DNA of 29,734 nucleotides from a virus (lineage: Duplodnaviria > Caudoviricetes): positions 1-29,734 of the IMG/VR virus record IMGVR_UViG_3300036794_000026, one strand, 5' to 3'. Position numbers and translations under genes: made by a program. How positions within the stretch are numbered: the stretch's first letter is position 1; the number at the start of each line of letters is the position of its first letter. The notes under the pieces are model-generated. The model ran no database searches, was not told where the DNA came from, and saw only the letters and a program-made list of their open reading frames with translations. This document shows, in pieces, positions 9,541 through 18,600 of the stretch.

Positions 9541-10825
9541 CCAGGAGCCGATCGTCGGCTTCATCAAAGAGTTGATTGGGAGAGGCGAGACTAACGCCTC
9601 GATCGTCAAGGCTCTGTGGTCATCCAAACATCGCTTCGAGACAACCGAGAAGTCGATTCGCAGGTTCCGCAAACGACACGGGTTGGAGGTCTACAACAAG
9701 GCCGCGAACGCGGGGTACAGGATCTCAGGTGACGAGGGGGAGCTTACCTCCTCTGCCCGCCAAGGTACCTCGATGGATGACCCGGACACAATGCTTCGTG
9801 AGCGTGGGCTTGACCCCGAAGAGTGGGTCATCGATAGCGCCACGATCAATGAGTGGGATGGACCGAGCGCTGAGGAAGGCATGGTCACTTACCATCAGGC
9901 CAAGCTCAATCTCCGTCGCAAGCATCCCGAGCAACAACTGCTCGCTGCGCGTTCAGATGGTTGGGTAGCACCGCCGCGCAAGAAGGCCGCGACGAAGGGG
10001 GCGCAACTCATCGTTGTCGCAGGTGACCAGCAAGCCCCCTTCCACGACGAAAACCTTCACTACCTCTTCTGCGGGTGGCTTGAAGAGAACGAACCCGATG
10101 AGGTCACGTTCCTCGGTGACACAGTGGACTATCCGGAGATCAGTCGCCATCGACTGGACCCGGAGAACACGGCCACAGTCAACGAGTGTACGCAAAGTGG
10201 GTATGACCTACTCCGTGGTGTCCGCCGAGCAGCGCCGAACGCTCGGATCAGGAAGCTCGCGGGTAACCACGATGAGCGCCTGCGCAACATCCTGCTCGAC
10301 AAGCCTTCGATGCAGCCGCTCTACGGAGCGAAGCAAGCTGACTCGCCGGAGGAGAAAGGTGCAGTCGCCCTAGGACTGCCATTCTTGCTCCGCCTGGACG
10401 AGTTGGACATCGAGTACGTGGAGCCCGAAGGTTCATACGATCTTGCACAGATCAACCTCAGCCACAAGCTCGCTGTGCGCCACGGATGGATCGCACGTCA
10501 GGGATCAGGTGTATCCGCTCTCGCGACGCTTGAGCACCTTGGCTACAGTGTGATCGTGGGCCACACCCACCGACAGTCCATCATCTACAAGACGACACAC
10601 GACATCGACGGCGCGCTCACGACTCTCACTGCGGCTGAGGCCGGGTGCATGTGTCGCGTCAACCAGACTCCTGTCAAGGGGCGCAAGTGGCCGAACTTCA
10701 CGCCACTGCCCGACTGGCAGCAGGGCTTCACAACGGTGACGGTACACCCGAATGGGTTCTTCCGCATCGAGAACGCAACTTACGTCAACGACGCGCTCTT
10801 GTGGCGCGATCAGCAGTACCGATAA
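9491..10825 (+). CDS. Calcineurin-like metallophosphoesterase with N-terminal HTH-like segment
   Basis: Motifs GDQQ, LGDTVD, GNHD, RHG, GHTH. Start uncertain (50-nt overlap with the portal). Confidence 0.85.
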   Translation: MKTQVSNQTPQSQSPLDQEPIVGFIKELIGRGETNASIVKALWSSKHRFETTEKSIRRFRKRHGLEVYNKAANAGYRISGDEGELTSSARQGTSMDDPDTMLRERGLDPEEWVIDSATINEWDGPSAEEGMVTYHQAKLNLRRKHPEQQLLAARSDGWVAPPRKKAATKGAQLIVVAGDQQAPFHDENLHYLFCGWLEENEPDEVTFLGDTVDYPEISRHRLDPENTATVNECTQSGYDLLRGVRRAAPNARIRKLAGNHDERLRNILLDKPSMQPLYGAKQADSPEEKGAVALGLPFLLRLDELDIEYVEPEGSYDLAQINLSHKLAVRHGWIARQGSGVSALATLEHLGYSVIVGHTHRQSIIYKTTHDIDGALTTLTAAEAGCMCRVNQTPVKGRKWPNFTPLPDWQQGFTTVTVHPNGFFRIENATYVNDALLWRDQQYR

Positions 10826-10867
10826 GGCTCGTTCAGCGAGCGAAAAGCCGAAGTAAAGGAGTGAGGC

Positions 10868-11077
10868 GTGTCCTCTCTCGCACCAGTCAAGAGCAGCAAA
10901 GGCAAGTCCAAGAAGTCGAAGGGCCAGACGTACCAGCAGAAGCAGAACGCGGTGTGCATCGTGCTCTACGATCAGGCCGGGGAGACGCTTTCGCCTGTGG
11001 CTCAGCAGGAGGCAGAAAATGCCATCCTGGCGGTCGCAATGAAACACAACCTGCTCATCAGCATCGCAACGACATGA
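10868..11077 (+). CDS. Hypothetical protein
   Basis: 69 aa; AAGGAG upstream of GTG; ATGA overlap with the next gene. Confidence 0.7.
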   Translation: MSSLAPVKSSKGKSKKSKGQTYQQKQNAVCIVLYDQAGETLSPVAQQEAENAILAVAMKHNLLISIATT

Positions 11078-11430
11078 GGAAACGAAAGAGTCCCATCATC
11101 CCGCTCGGCGACTTCGAGAAGGTCCAGAAGCAGGATCAAGAGCAGTTCGAGCAGGAGCAGGAGACGGAGTTCTACACGAACCCTCTGATCCCTTGGTGGG
11201 TCAAGGCCGCCTACGCCCTCGCTCCTACTCCGTTGCACAAGGCGGAGCGCGCAGCGACATGGTGCAAACTCTGCGGACGCAAACACAGCAAGCGTGAGGC
11301 TTGCGAGGCGCTACGGCTAGAGGCGGACCTGACACATCCGCCAACCAAAGTGGATGATTTCCGCAAGCCGATCCCCAACACCAAAGTTGGGTTCTACACA
11401 ACAAAGCCTGAGGAGGCAACAGCGGTATGA
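11074..11430 (+). CDS. Hypothetical protein with CxxC...H...C motif
   Basis: ATGA-coupled start MRKRKSP inside track ORF 10645..11430; contains CKLCGRKHSKREAC. Confidence 0.65.
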   Translation: MRKRKSPIIPLGDFEKVQKQDQEQFEQEQETEFYTNPLIPWWVKAAYALAPTPLHKAERAATWCKLCGRKHSKREACEALRLEADLTHPPTKVDDFRKPIPNTKVGFYTTKPEEATAV

Positions 11431-11831
11431 GTATTGACAACAGCGAGGTCCGGGTAGCAGACCCGACAACAGGCGGAGAAAAGGGCCAGAAGGACGCGGT
11501 ACTGGGGGACATCGATCCTCGGGCGCTGATGGAGGTTGCGCAGGTCTGCGGGTTCGGGCGCAAGAAGTACGCGCGCCTAAACTACTTGCGGGGCTACAAC
11601 TGGAGTTCTTCATACGACGCGCTCCAGCGTCACCTACATCTCTTCTGGGATCGCGAGGAACGGGACGAGGAATCGCAGCTTCACCACTTGGCGCACGCCG
11701 CGTGGCACTGCTTTGCGCTCTTCTCCTTCGCTTTGCGCGGCCTGGGAACGGACGATCGGCCGTTTGCTCCGCCGGTCGAGGAGACACCTACTACACCCAA
11801 AGCGTCTCGGGCGAAAAGGACTCGCAAGTAG
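11427..11831 (+). CDS. dATP/dGTP diphosphohydrolase domain protein (DUF5664-like)
   Basis: GRKKYARLNYLRG...YDALQRHL...DEESQLHHLAHAAW fits the family pattern. GGAGG RBS. Confidence 0.85.
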   Translation: MSIDNSEVRVADPTTGGEKGQKDAVLGDIDPRALMEVAQVCGFGRKKYARLNYLRGYNWSSSYDALQRHLHLFWDREERDEESQLHHLAHAAWHCFALFSFALRGLGTDDRPFAPPVEETPTTPKASRAKRTRK

Positions 11832-11834
11832 GAG

Positions 11835-11969
11835 ATGCGTCTTGCATTCACCTATATTGCCGTCGTGGCATTTGCCCTAGTCGGCGTCGTTGCGCTCGCT
11901 GAAAACAACATCAAGGTGGGCGTAGCGACGATCATGCTCGCAGGGGCGAATGCGCTCCTGCTACTTTAG
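11835..11969 (+). CDS. Small two-TM membrane protein (44 aa; not in ORF track)
   Basis: MRLAFTYIAVVAFALVGVVALAENNIKVGVATIMLAGANALLLL fills the gap between two genes. Confidence 0.7.
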   Translation: MRLAFTYIAVVAFALVGVVALAENNIKVGVATIMLAGANALLLL

Positions 11970-11977
11970 GAGGGACA

Positions 11978-12373
11978 ATGAAGGCAAAACGAGTGTATAT
12001 AGCAGGCCCGATGTCGGGTCACCCAAAGTTCAACGTTCCGGCATTTCTCAATGCACAGAAGGATCTACTGAAGCAGGGCTATGATGCCATCCTTCCGGTG
12101 GACATGGACATCCCGTCTGAGCGCAAGCAACTGCTGGCGTCCAAAGACGGTTCCGAGGAAGGACCACGTTCCTGGGCCACGTTGCTCTCCGAAGATCTCA
12201 AACTGATCGGAGACACGGGCGTTGAAGGGATCGTTGTGCTGCCGGGTTGGAAATACTCCAAAGGGGCGAAACTGGAGACATACTTTAGCCGTCTGCTCGG
12301 TCTGGAGATCGTCCACTACCCGAGCCTCAAAAAAGTGTCGCGCCGTGATCTACAGAGGGCGCACGGTATCTGA
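11978..12373 (+). CDS. DUF4406 / nucleoside 2-deoxyribosyltransferase-like protein
   Basis: VYIAGPMSG...FN...LPGWKYSKGAKLE. AGGAGG RBS. Confidence 0.8.
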   Translation: MKAKRVYIAGPMSGHPKFNVPAFLNAQKDLLKQGYDAILPVDMDIPSERKQLLASKDGSEEGPRSWATLLSEDLKLIGDTGVEGIVVLPGWKYSKGAKLETYFSRLLGLEIVHYPSLKKVSRRDLQRAHGI

Positions 12374-12648
12374 TGCCGTACCTTGACGACAACGGTAAGG
12401 AGTGCGTCGCGGCAGGTAAGCTCGCTGGCAGTGCTGGCGAGCTTACCTACATGCTTCAGCAGGCCATTACGGAGCACATGCTTTGGTTCGATCGCCCTTT
12501 GCGGTACGAAGACTATGCTGCGATTCTGGGCGCGCTGGAGGGGGCGAAGGCAGATTTCATCGATCGCATCCTGCTACCCTATGAGAAGAAAAAGCGAAAA
12601 GAAAATGGGGACGTATGGCCCAAGAAACTGATACCCAAGAGCAAGTAG
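12373..12648 (+). CDS. Conserved phage protein (DUF6899-like)
   Basis: MPY...GELTY...GALEGAKADF...PYEKKKRKENGDV pattern; TGATG coupling. Confidence 0.65.
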   Translation: MPYLDDNGKECVAAGKLAGSAGELTYMLQQAITEHMLWFDRPLRYEDYAAILGALEGAKADFIDRILLPYEKKKRKENGDVWPKKLIPKSK

Positions 12649-12917
12649 AGGAGGAGAAGGGCGTTCCAGAGAACGATCCACTGGAATATATTCCCGTTTT
12701 CCGCCACCACTTGCACGAGGCATTGTGGGCTCTGAACATGTCGCTTGGAGAGGTCCAGGCGCGCGATCTAGCCGACAGCTATCACCAGGGATTGACGGCA
12801 CCGAAAGAAAGCCCGCTCTCGCGACAGCTTGAGCGTTCACACACAACGCTGTCTGCGTATCTTGGTCTGCTAGATGAGGAGGACGAGAGTGGCAAGCCCA
12901 TTCCAGAGGACGAGTAG
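12615..12917 (+). CDS. Hypothetical acidic protein
   Basis: 100-aa ORF in operon order. Confidence 0.6.
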   Translation: MAQETDTQEQVEEEKGVPENDPLEYIPVFRHHLHEALWALNMSLGEVQARDLADSYHQGLTAPKESPLSRQLERSHTTLSAYLGLLDEEDESGKPIPEDE

Positions 12918-12987
12918 TTTTGATCATCCAGAGCGCGACAAAAGTCCGCACACGCATGTAATCTCGACGGATTTGCCGCCTCACGGG

Positions 12988-13137
12988 ATGGGTGCCAAAA
13001 TCGGGCCGACGCACGACGACCTAGAGCGATGGTATCGTGTACTCAACGATTTGTCTTTGAGAGAGAGCGACGGAGACGTGGATCACACGCAAGAACTCGA
13101 AGACCTACGGGATGAAATCTATGCGTTCCTCCATTGA
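12988..13137 (+). CDS. Small hypothetical protein
   Basis: 3' part of track ORF 12874..13137; start uncertain. Confidence 0.45.
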   Translation: MGAKIGPTHDDLERWYRVLNDLSLRESDGDVDHTQELEDLRDEIYAFLH

Positions 13138-13609
13138 GCGACTACGCCCGCGACTCTTCATCCTGGCGGGAATACCAGGGTGCGGTAAGTCTACGTGGGC
13201 GCGTACCTACTTTCAGCCATGGTCGATCGTAAGCAGCGATGCGCTGCGCGAACAGAAATGGCCTGGTGAGCCCTACCAGCGAGAGCGCAACGAGGAGGTC
13301 TTCGAAGAGCTTTTCCGTCGCATCGGCGACATGCTGGAGGAGGGCAAAGACGCCGTGGCTGACACCACGGGTCTGGTGCAATCGTTCCGCTGGCAACTGT
13401 CCGATATCGCGGACTACTACAACGCAGAGAAGCACCTGATCTTCTTCAACAACCCCGATCAGGCGCTTGGCCGGAATGCCGCTCGCAAGGGTAATCAGTG
13501 CGTACCGCCTGAAGCAATGCACGTTATGCTGAATCGCTTTCAGGAGGCGCGTTCTGCTATCCTGGACGAACTCTACACTTCCACGACAATCATCGAGGCC
13601 ACGGCATGA
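13112..13609 (+). CDS. Polynucleotide kinase-like P-loop kinase (AAA_33)
   Basis: GIPGCGKSTWA, VSSDALR, ADTT, lid RNAARK. Alternative start at 13121. Confidence 0.85.
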   Translation: MKSMRSSIERLRPRLFILAGIPGCGKSTWARTYFQPWSIVSSDALREQKWPGEPYQRERNEEVFEELFRRIGDMLEEGKDAVADTTGLVQSFRWQLSDIADYYNAEKHLIFFNNPDQALGRNAARKGNQCVPPEAMHVMLNRFQEARSAILDELYTSTTIIEATA

Positions 13610-13959
13610 ACCAGAAGCAAGAGCAGACGATCCTTTCTATCTTCAAGACATTCCCTGCCTACGCCCTCAACTACGTCGTCGGGCTAGCTCTAGCGATCAT
13701 CTCCGATGTCACACTGACAAGCTTGGCACTCGGCAGCGTCTTCCTTGGCTACGCAACGACGCCATGGGCCGGACTCGCTCTCTTCTTCTTGGCGCACACG
13801 TTCATCAAGATCGTGAATGCGCTCAACGGAGCCATCATTCAGCAGGGTCGCATGGTAGCGAGTTCAGGGGCGCAACTCGCCCAGGTCTTCACTACGCAGG
13901 CGGAGGCTGTGCCCAAGCCACAGCTAGACCCTGTACAAGATCCACCAGCGGGAGCATAA
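13606..13959 (+). CDS. Membrane protein (2-3 TM segments)
   Basis: Long hydrophobic stretches at about aa 17-70; ATGA coupling. Confidence 0.7.
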   Translation: MNQKQEQTILSIFKTFPAYALNYVVGLALAIISDVTLTSLALGSVFLGYATTPWAGLALFFLAHTFIKIVNALNGAIIQQGRMVASSGAQLAQVFTTQAEAVPKPQLDPVQDPPAGA

Positions 13960-13980
13960 TGGGTAGATACCAGGATCAAC

Positions 13981-14667
13981 ATGGACAAGCCCGAGCAGCG
14001 ATTCAACATCGACACGCGCGTCAAGCTACGCGAGGGGGTTGACCCCAGCCTCTACGGCGGCTTCAGTCGCGTGGGTAATGAGGGATGGATCAGAAAGCGC
14101 AAACGTGACAGGTACGGATACCCTCAAGTGTTCATCCAATGGGACAAAGACCATTGGGCCTACAACGGCGCAGAGGATGGTTGGACCTGGGAGGGGCAAT
14201 TCGAGGCAGTAGAGGAGAAAGAGATGGCCGAGGCAACGCAACCAAACAACCAAGACGACACGCAAGAGCACGTACGTGCGATCACCGAGAACTTCGTGCA
14301 GGCCATCTTCGGCGCTCTGGGAGCGCCCCCTGCGCAGGTAGGGGCACCCTCTGACGACATTGCTGAGCAGTCACAGGCCCCGGTCGAAGACGACGAGTCC
14401 GAGGGCTCGGACAAGTGGGAGGACTTGGCTGCTCAAGCGAGTGAAGCGCTTACTGGGGCTCCGGCCTATCTCCTCATCGCTCTGGAGTGCGCGGAAGTTC
14501 CAGGCGCACCTCCCATGATCATTCCTCGCGTGTTCCACGCAGCACGCGAGCCCGAACACGCATTGATCGTACAGTCGCAACTCGCACACATCCTTGCCTC
14601 CTTGCAGGATGCGACGATCGCTCGCGTGCTCGAAAGAGAATCCGACACGGGGATGGATGAGGAATGA
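13981..14667 (+). CDS. Hypothetical protein, N-terminal SH3-like beta-barrel and acidic linker
   Basis: FNIDTRVKL...EGWI...VFIQWD...QFEAVEE pattern. The fold call is tentative. Confidence 0.65.
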   Translation: MDKPEQRFNIDTRVKLREGVDPSLYGGFSRVGNEGWIRKRKRDRYGYPQVFIQWDKDHWAYNGAEDGWTWEGQFEAVEEKEMAEATQPNNQDDTQEHVRAITENFVQAIFGALGAPPAQVGAPSDDIAEQSQAPVEDDESEGSDKWEDLAAQASEALTGAPAYLLIALECAEVPGAPPMIIPRVFHAAREPEHALIVQSQLAHILASLQDATIARVLERESDTGMDEE

Positions 14668-14888
14668 GGGCCGACAACTTCGAGTTTCAGAAGGCAGGCG
14701 ATATCTGCGAGAACTGCAAGGAGCGATGGGAGAACACGGGTAAGCATCCTATTGCCTTGGTTGCGCTCCCTACCTTCACCATGCGGTATCACTCGCCGGT
14801 CGCTGCATGTCCCTATTGCGATGGGCCAATTCGCGATATCGCCGTGGCGACCGCGAAGAGGCGTGAAGTAGATGCTGCTGGGCAATGA
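14664..14888 (+). CDS. Small zinc-finger protein
   Basis: CENC...CPYC; ATGA coupling. Confidence 0.65.
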   Translation: MRADNFEFQKAGDICENCKERWENTGKHPIALVALPTFTMRYHSPVAACPYCDGPIRDIAVATAKRREVDAAGQ

Positions 14889-15639
14889 ACATGGGGCGCG
14901 TGCTTATTCTCCCGAAGAAGCTGAAGAGCTAGCGAAGTCCGGATACGAGAAGTGCTACAAGCCGGGCTGCAACTTCTTCCTTTCGCCTGAGACGCAGCAA
15001 GAGGTTCAGACTCATCCTGACGCGGGCTACTACACATGCCCGAAATGCCGCACATCCTGGGACACGATGTCTCACTTGCCATGGCACGGTGCTCCTGAAG
15101 ACTACTTGGAGCCATTTAGCGCAGGCGGCGGTACGCGCATCGGCCTATCTATGGCCGAGCAGTCGCAGATCGGGGAGGACCTCGTAGCGCAGCATGGCCT
15201 ACCGGGTTACGGACCGATCATGTGGTGGCACCCCGGTGGGGCAACTGCCAACTCACCGCTCGACGGCACAACAAAGGAATGGGGCATCGAGGTCAAGACG
15301 CTCAGTTTTGACACAGAACACCATCGCTTTATCCCCGGCCGACCGGCTGAGAAGGAAGCCAAGAACAACGCCGCCGCAGAACTGAAATTGAAGGGCATTC
15401 TGGGCGTGCTTGTGTTGCTCAACTTCCGCACCAGCATGGCGTCCATCTACGTCAAAGAGATGCCGCTCGAAACGTGGCATGCAGCCAACGGCCAGCCCTA
15501 CCAGGGCGTTACATCGTTTCGTAGCAACTCGGGACAGAAGCTCGTGGAGGAGCTTCCTTTCAAGAACCCGTTCATGAACCCGCATAGCGGCACTCCGCAT
15601 CCACCCGTGCAGCAGCCCGAGGAAGATCTGCCTTTCTAG
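14872..15639 (+). CDS. Zn-ribbon + PD-(D/E)XK nuclease-like protein
   Basis: CYKPGC...CPKC, then QIGE...PLD...IEVK catalytic pattern. Confidence 0.6.
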   Translation: MLLGNEHGARAYSPEEAEELAKSGYEKCYKPGCNFFLSPETQQEVQTHPDAGYYTCPKCRTSWDTMSHLPWHGAPEDYLEPFSAGGGTRIGLSMAEQSQIGEDLVAQHGLPGYGPIMWWHPGGATANSPLDGTTKEWGIEVKTLSFDTEHHRFIPGRPAEKEAKNNAAAELKLKGILGVLVLLNFRTSMASIYVKEMPLETWHAANGQPYQGVTSFRSNSGQKLVEELPFKNPFMNPHSGTPHPPVQQPEEDLPF

Positions 15640-15651
15640 GCGGTAATTAGT

Positions 15652-18600
15652 ATGAGCCCCTTGTGGCACATAGCACCTTCACAAGCACGTAAGCAGATAG
15701 AGCGGGAAGGTCTGCGCGCATCGAATCCAGGCGATTTTGTGTTTAGCGAAGGCCCGATGGAAAAAGGTACGCCTCGCGTTTATATGTATGATAATCCTAG
15801 TGCCGAACATGGTATTCCTGGCGACCTATGGGAAATTGACGATCGGGGGTTGCCGATCAAGGAAGATGAACGAAGTGGTGATGGATCGTATTACCACGAG
15901 GGCGATATTTCACCAATGCGACTTCGGCGCGTAGCAACAAGTGACTTTGATCCAGACACGATCACTCAAGAGAAACTGCACGAACTGCGCCGTGCAGCCG
16001 AACACGCCTGGTCAGATGAGACTCGGCCAGAGGATTCGCGCGGGCATCCGCAGCCGAGCGCTGGCCATTGCTACGTCACGTCCAAGTGGCTTCAAGGCAA
16101 GCTCGGAGGCGGGCACGTTGGGCAGAAGGACGGCCACTTCTTCTGGGTGAGTCCGGACAAGAACTACGTAGTGGATCTCACGGGCGACCAGACTGCTTAC
16201 GGTCGGGCCAAGTGGGCTGCGGAAATGCAGGACGCAGACGATGAGCCCTACGAGCATGAGCCCGAGCAGATGCGTCACCGCCCAGGCCCGGTCATCTACA
16301 CGCACGCCACCAATCCTCTCTACCGCGACTTCCGCATCCAGAGCGACCCGCAGCCTGGACAGGACAAACGCGACTGGGAAGACCTCGAACAGTCGCCGTC
16401 TATCTCTCAGCGCTCACAGTTGTTCGCTGAACGAGCCAACGCGGCGCTTGAGGGCAAGCTAACTCGACAGGCCGACGCTGGCGGAGCGGGCTCTGACGCC
16501 TACCCGGCAGAAGGTCCGCAGGCCGAAGAGGAATTCAACCAGCGCGACTTCCACGATCCTGTGATTGATGATCTCAATCTCTCGATGGAGGAACCTGTCG
16601 AGCATGAGTATCGATTCATGTTCGCCAACGGCGAGTTCAAAGTCTCCCCCACGGATGACTACGAGACGATGGCTCAAGAAGCCGGGATCTCCGGGGAGCA
16701 CGAGGGACCCGTTGCGGTCGGATACGTCAACGTGCGAGGCCGCGAAGCTCTCTGGAGTGTGGAGACGAACGTTGGCCTGCGCGGGCTCGTGAAGATGATG
16801 AAGGACTACAGCAAGCAGGTGGGCTGGAAGTGGGGCGGACTCGTAGACGGCAGCGGGCAACCTGTCGCAGACGACTTCGGAGCAAAGAAGTCCTTCTGGT
16901 ACGGCTACCGAGATGGGAAGCTCAAGCTCAGCGGGCAACCATTCTGGGGCAGCTTCGATGAGATCGAGGTAGTGGGTCGCACCGCGCACTTCAACCGTTC
17001 TCCGAACCAGTTCGCTCGACCCGGCTTGGAGGAATGGGCGAAGGACTTCGGCTATCGCATCGCCGAGTACCCCGGCGGCACCGACATGAACGATCGTGTC
17101 AAGAATAAGGAGTGGCCGACTACCTACGACAAGGGCGACCCAGAAGCCGATCCGGGCAAAGCCTTCGACGGGGAGCCTCAAGGCGACTTGAGCTGCCCGT
17201 ACTGCAACGAGACGCTGCCAGACTTCAAAGCGTACGTCATGCACACGCAGGATCACCAGGACCCCAAAGCAGCACCGATCGATGACGGGCACTTCCCGAC
17301 CATCGAAGACTCCGACACGCCTCTACCGCTGCGCCCGCGTAACGTGACTCCGACCGCGATCCCCGTGATGGGATCTATGAACCCATGGAAATTCGCCCCA
17401 CCGGATGGGCGGATCTTCGAGGCCGATGCTACCGATCCGAGAGTCAGATGCCCGCATTGTGGAAAGGACTCGATGGTGCGCAGGGATCGCATGTCCAATG
17501 GGGTCCCGTTCACATATGGTTTCTGCGAATCATGCGGGATGAACTCTCGATGGCCATCAGAGGGCGAGATCGCTCCTGTCGAGTCTCCCGAGCATCCAGA
17601 TCCGTGGATGGACGCAGAGCCCGGTTCGTTGACTTTCCCGGACTCATGGCGATTCGAGGCGGCGGCCGGGAAAGAAGGCAAGGATCTGCTACAGGCTCCG
17701 ATTCCATTCATCTACGACATCGAAAAGGACTACATCACGGTCGGTCATCCGGGCATGCGCACCCCCGACATCATGGGTCAGTTCACACCAGGTGGTATCG
17801 TAGAGGGCTACTACGAACCGAAGGGCAAGATGGTCATCAACACGACGACCACGATTCCCTTCTCAACCTACCACATGATGCAGTTGTGGTACTACAGCCA
17901 CCCAGGACTAGAGATCACGAGCCTCGAAATGGAAAGCCAGACGGGAGAAAAGCACAAGGTCGCATCAGCAGACGTAGGCACCTACATTCGCTCGATCACC
18001 GCTGCCGATGGCGCGGCCTGGACGGCATCGCAGGCTCTCAAAGAGGCCGGAGGCAAGGTCTACGTGGTTGGTGGCGCTGTGCGCGATGCGCTGCTCCAGA
18101 AGGAGCCTAAGGACATCGACCTGATGGTGTCGGGTATTCCGCCCGAGGATGTGAACAACATCCTGGAGCACCTGCCGGGTCGCGTGGATCTGACGGGCAA
18201 GCGCTTTGGCGTCTACCGCTACCACACGAAAGGCCAAGAGGTTGAGATCGCTCTCCCTCGCACCGACACATACGACCAAGGAGGCACCCGTGGACAAGGG
18301 CAGATCACAGTTGATCACAACCTACCTGTCGAGAAAGATCTCCAACGGCGAGATTTCACCGCCAATTCCATGGCAGTCGATCTTGACTCTGGAAGATTGG
18401 TGGACCCATATGGTGGAGCTAGAGATCTTGAGTCTCATGCTCTACGGACAACCCACCCAGGATCTTTCGATGAGGACCCGACAAGACTTGTGCGCGCTCT
18501 CACAATGCACTCTCGACACGGATTGGTTCCTGATGAGCAGACACGCAAGGAGATGGAGGAACATGCCCCTCGACTAGACCAAGAGTCACCCGATGCGCTG

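Noticed and set aside
10645-11073. N-terminal extension of the 261-aa track ORF
   Set aside because: Overlaps the phosphoesterase and 10868..11077; the ATGA-coupled start at 11074 is more plausible.
11427-11831. Z-genome (2-aminoadenine) pathway
   Set aside because: No PurZ in the window; this domain alone is insufficient.
13606-13959. Holin assignment
   Set aside because: TM segments are present but there is no adjacent endolysin; left as membrane protein.
16459-17292. 277-aa minus-strand ORF (and other long antisense ORFs such as 27650..28330 and 10505..11047)
   Set aside because: They overlap well-supported + strand genes, have no motifs, and are expected from GC-rich codon bias.
17385-18110. 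241-aa alternative-frame + ORF inside the CCA polyprotein
   Set aside because: Arg/His-rich off-frame composition; the main frame is continuous and no frameshift signal is evident.
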